DNA of 63,391 nt, filler included, from Octopus bimaculoides (Eukaryota), in NCBI RefSeq assembly GCF_001194135.2. It is 7 parts of 7 records of this genome, joined end to end, with 100 filler letters (N's around TTAATTAATTAA, not from the genome) between each part and the next. Parts side by side here need not be neighbours in the genome. Positions count along the whole stretch, not along the records: positions 61,449 to 63,391 come from NW_026396010.1; 6 more parts are not named here. The stretch is one strand, 5' to 3'. The position numbers and the translations under genes are program-made. The notes under the pieces were generated by a model. It saw only the letters and a list, made by a program, of their open reading frames with translations, made no database searches and was not told the DNA's origin. Positions 61,535-63,391 of the stretch are shown here, piece by piece (position 1 is the stretch's first letter; the number at the start of each line of letters is the position of its first letter).

Positions 61535-63115
61535 ACAAGTGGACAGCTTAAAGGTGATATTATCCGTAAGGGTTTATTATTCTGCTATGATAAAAGTAAG
61601 TATTCATGTGCATTAACAGCAGAGAACCAGAATCCTCTCTCAAGTTTCTTCAGAAGACGAAAGACCGGTTCCTTTTCCAATGTGGCCATTAATCATTTCA
61701 CTATAGTCTTTGATTTATCATAGCACCAGACCCATAAAATGTCGTACATTGAACAGAAAGTATGAGGTTCAGTACAAGATGTTTTTATTTATTAAGTTAT
61801 CAGATAAATTGGTTGTTTTTTTTTCTTTTTACCTTTTTCCTATTTGACACTCAACCCAATCATTGTATGTCTGAAGAGAAGCAAAATTTATTCAAATTTC
61901 AAACAGGATAAATGGAAGTTGTAGAGGAAAAAAATAGGGCGACAAATAACTATAAAGCGCTACAATAAAAGATATTTTTCGTGTTAATTCAAATAACACT
62001 AGAAAGGATTAGAATAAATGTCCCCTCCCCACCAAAAGAAAACAAAAAAGAAAAAAAAAAGAAACAAAAATGAACGAATTTAACTGACAACTCAATTATA
62101 TCATTTGCAGTTCTTAGAGTGATGTAGATGATCGAAACATTTTGCTTCCTCTCCCAACTCTGTCTTTTTTCTTTCTCTCACTTTTCTCATCATCTCTCTC
62201 TCTCTCTCCCCCTCTCTCTCTCTCTCCCCCTCTCTCTCTCTCTCNNNNNNNNNNNNNNNNNNNNNNNNNNNNNNNNNNNNNNNNNNNNNNNNNNNNNNNN
62301 NNNNNNNNNNNNNNNNNNNNNNNNNNNNNNNNNNNNNNNNNNNNNNNNNNNNNNNNNNNNNNNNNNNNNNNNNNNNNNNNNNNNNNNNNNNNNNNNNNNN
62401 NNNNNNNNNNNNNNNNNNNNNNNNNNNNNNNNNNNNNNNNNNNNNNNNNNNNNNNNNNNNNNNNNNNNNNNNNNNNNNNNNNNNNNNNNNNNNNNNNNNN
62501 NNNNNNNNNNNNNNNNNNNNNNNNNNNNNNNNNNNNNNNNNNNNNNNNNNNNNNNNNNNNNNNNNNNNNNNNNNNNNNNNNNNNNNNNNNNNNNNNNNNN
62601 NNNNNNNNNNNNNNNNNNNNNNNNNNNNNNNNNNNNNNNNNNNNNNNNNNNNNNNNNNNNNNNNNNNNNNNNNNNNNNNNNNNNNNNNNNNNNNNNNNNN
62701 NNNNNNNNNNNNNNNNNNNNNNNNNNNNNNNNNNNNNNNNNNNNNNNNNNNNNNNNNNNNNNNNNNNNNNNNNNNNNNNNNNNNNNNNNNNNNNNNNNNN
62801 NNNNNNNNNNNNNNNNNNNNNNNNNNNNNNNNNNNNNNNNNNNNNNNNNNNNNNNNNNNNNNNNNNNNNNNNNNNNNNNNNNNNNNNNNNNNNNNNNNNN
62901 NNNNNNNNNNNNNNNNNNNNNNNNNNNNNNNNNNNNNNNNNNNNNNNNNNNNNNNNNNNNNNNNNNNNNNNNNNNNNNNNNNNNNNNNNNNNNNNNNNNN
63001 NNNNNNNNNNNNNNNNTATATATATATATATATATATATATAAAGATATACATACATACATACACCACAGACAGATACACACCATGTATGAATACAAGTA
63101 TATATTATGTGTGTA

Positions 63116-63155
<40 letters not shown>

Positions 63156-63350
63156 CATACATATACACATCCATCCATACGTATACACAGATACATACAT
63201 ACATACATACATGAAGTGATCGTAAGCTTGATTTCGTATATAATCACCTTCTCTTTGCTGACATATATATGTAATAGATTTGATAGCATTTTAACCATGG
63301 ACCCTCAGATAACAACTAACATGCTGATCTTGTTTATAATAGTGTGTGCG

Positions 63351-63391
<41 letters not shown>

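Noticed and set aside
61520-61580. Strong plus-strand donor gataaaa|gtaagt after a short open frame
   Set aside because: No acceptor or homology; such motifs occur by chance.
62101-63298. Long 296-394 aa ORFs (and other X-rich ORFs in the track)
   Set aside because: They run through N gaps and dinucleotide repeats.

Overview
Repeat-dense, AT-rich animal genomic DNA. The SINE/LINE families and microsatellite load suggest a cephalopod, most likely Octopus (inference, not a database match). Six N-gaps contain the artificial six-frame-stop spacer TTAATTAATTAA (~21067, 29998, 36457, 46908, 50680, 61393), so the window is probably seven joined contigs and synteny across spacers is unproven. Gene-like content, all on the minus strand and all aligned by eye against remembered family sequences: (1) a multi-exon, heavily disabled ionotropic glutamate receptor-like pseudogene (~2.7-16.9 kb) with ATD, S1, M1 and S2 remnants in collinear order and a hAT MITE inserted in its S1 exon; (2) one intact, canonically spliced Nicalin (NCLN) exon at 43510-43700; (3) a disabled TNF-superfamily ligand last exon at ~49955-50379. 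The rest is transposon debris: three tRNA-derived SINE families, RTE, CR1 and R4/Dong LINE ends, two mariners, hAT/piggyBac-like MITEs and several Penelope-like fragments. At least five minimal type-I hammerhead-ribozyme-like motifs occur. Two lie in a Penelope terminal repeat that also carries a tRNA-like head. There is also a ~570-bp foldback palindrome. Most ORFs in the supplied track are microsatellite or gap artefacts. I found no CRISPR array, rRNA or bona fide tRNA.
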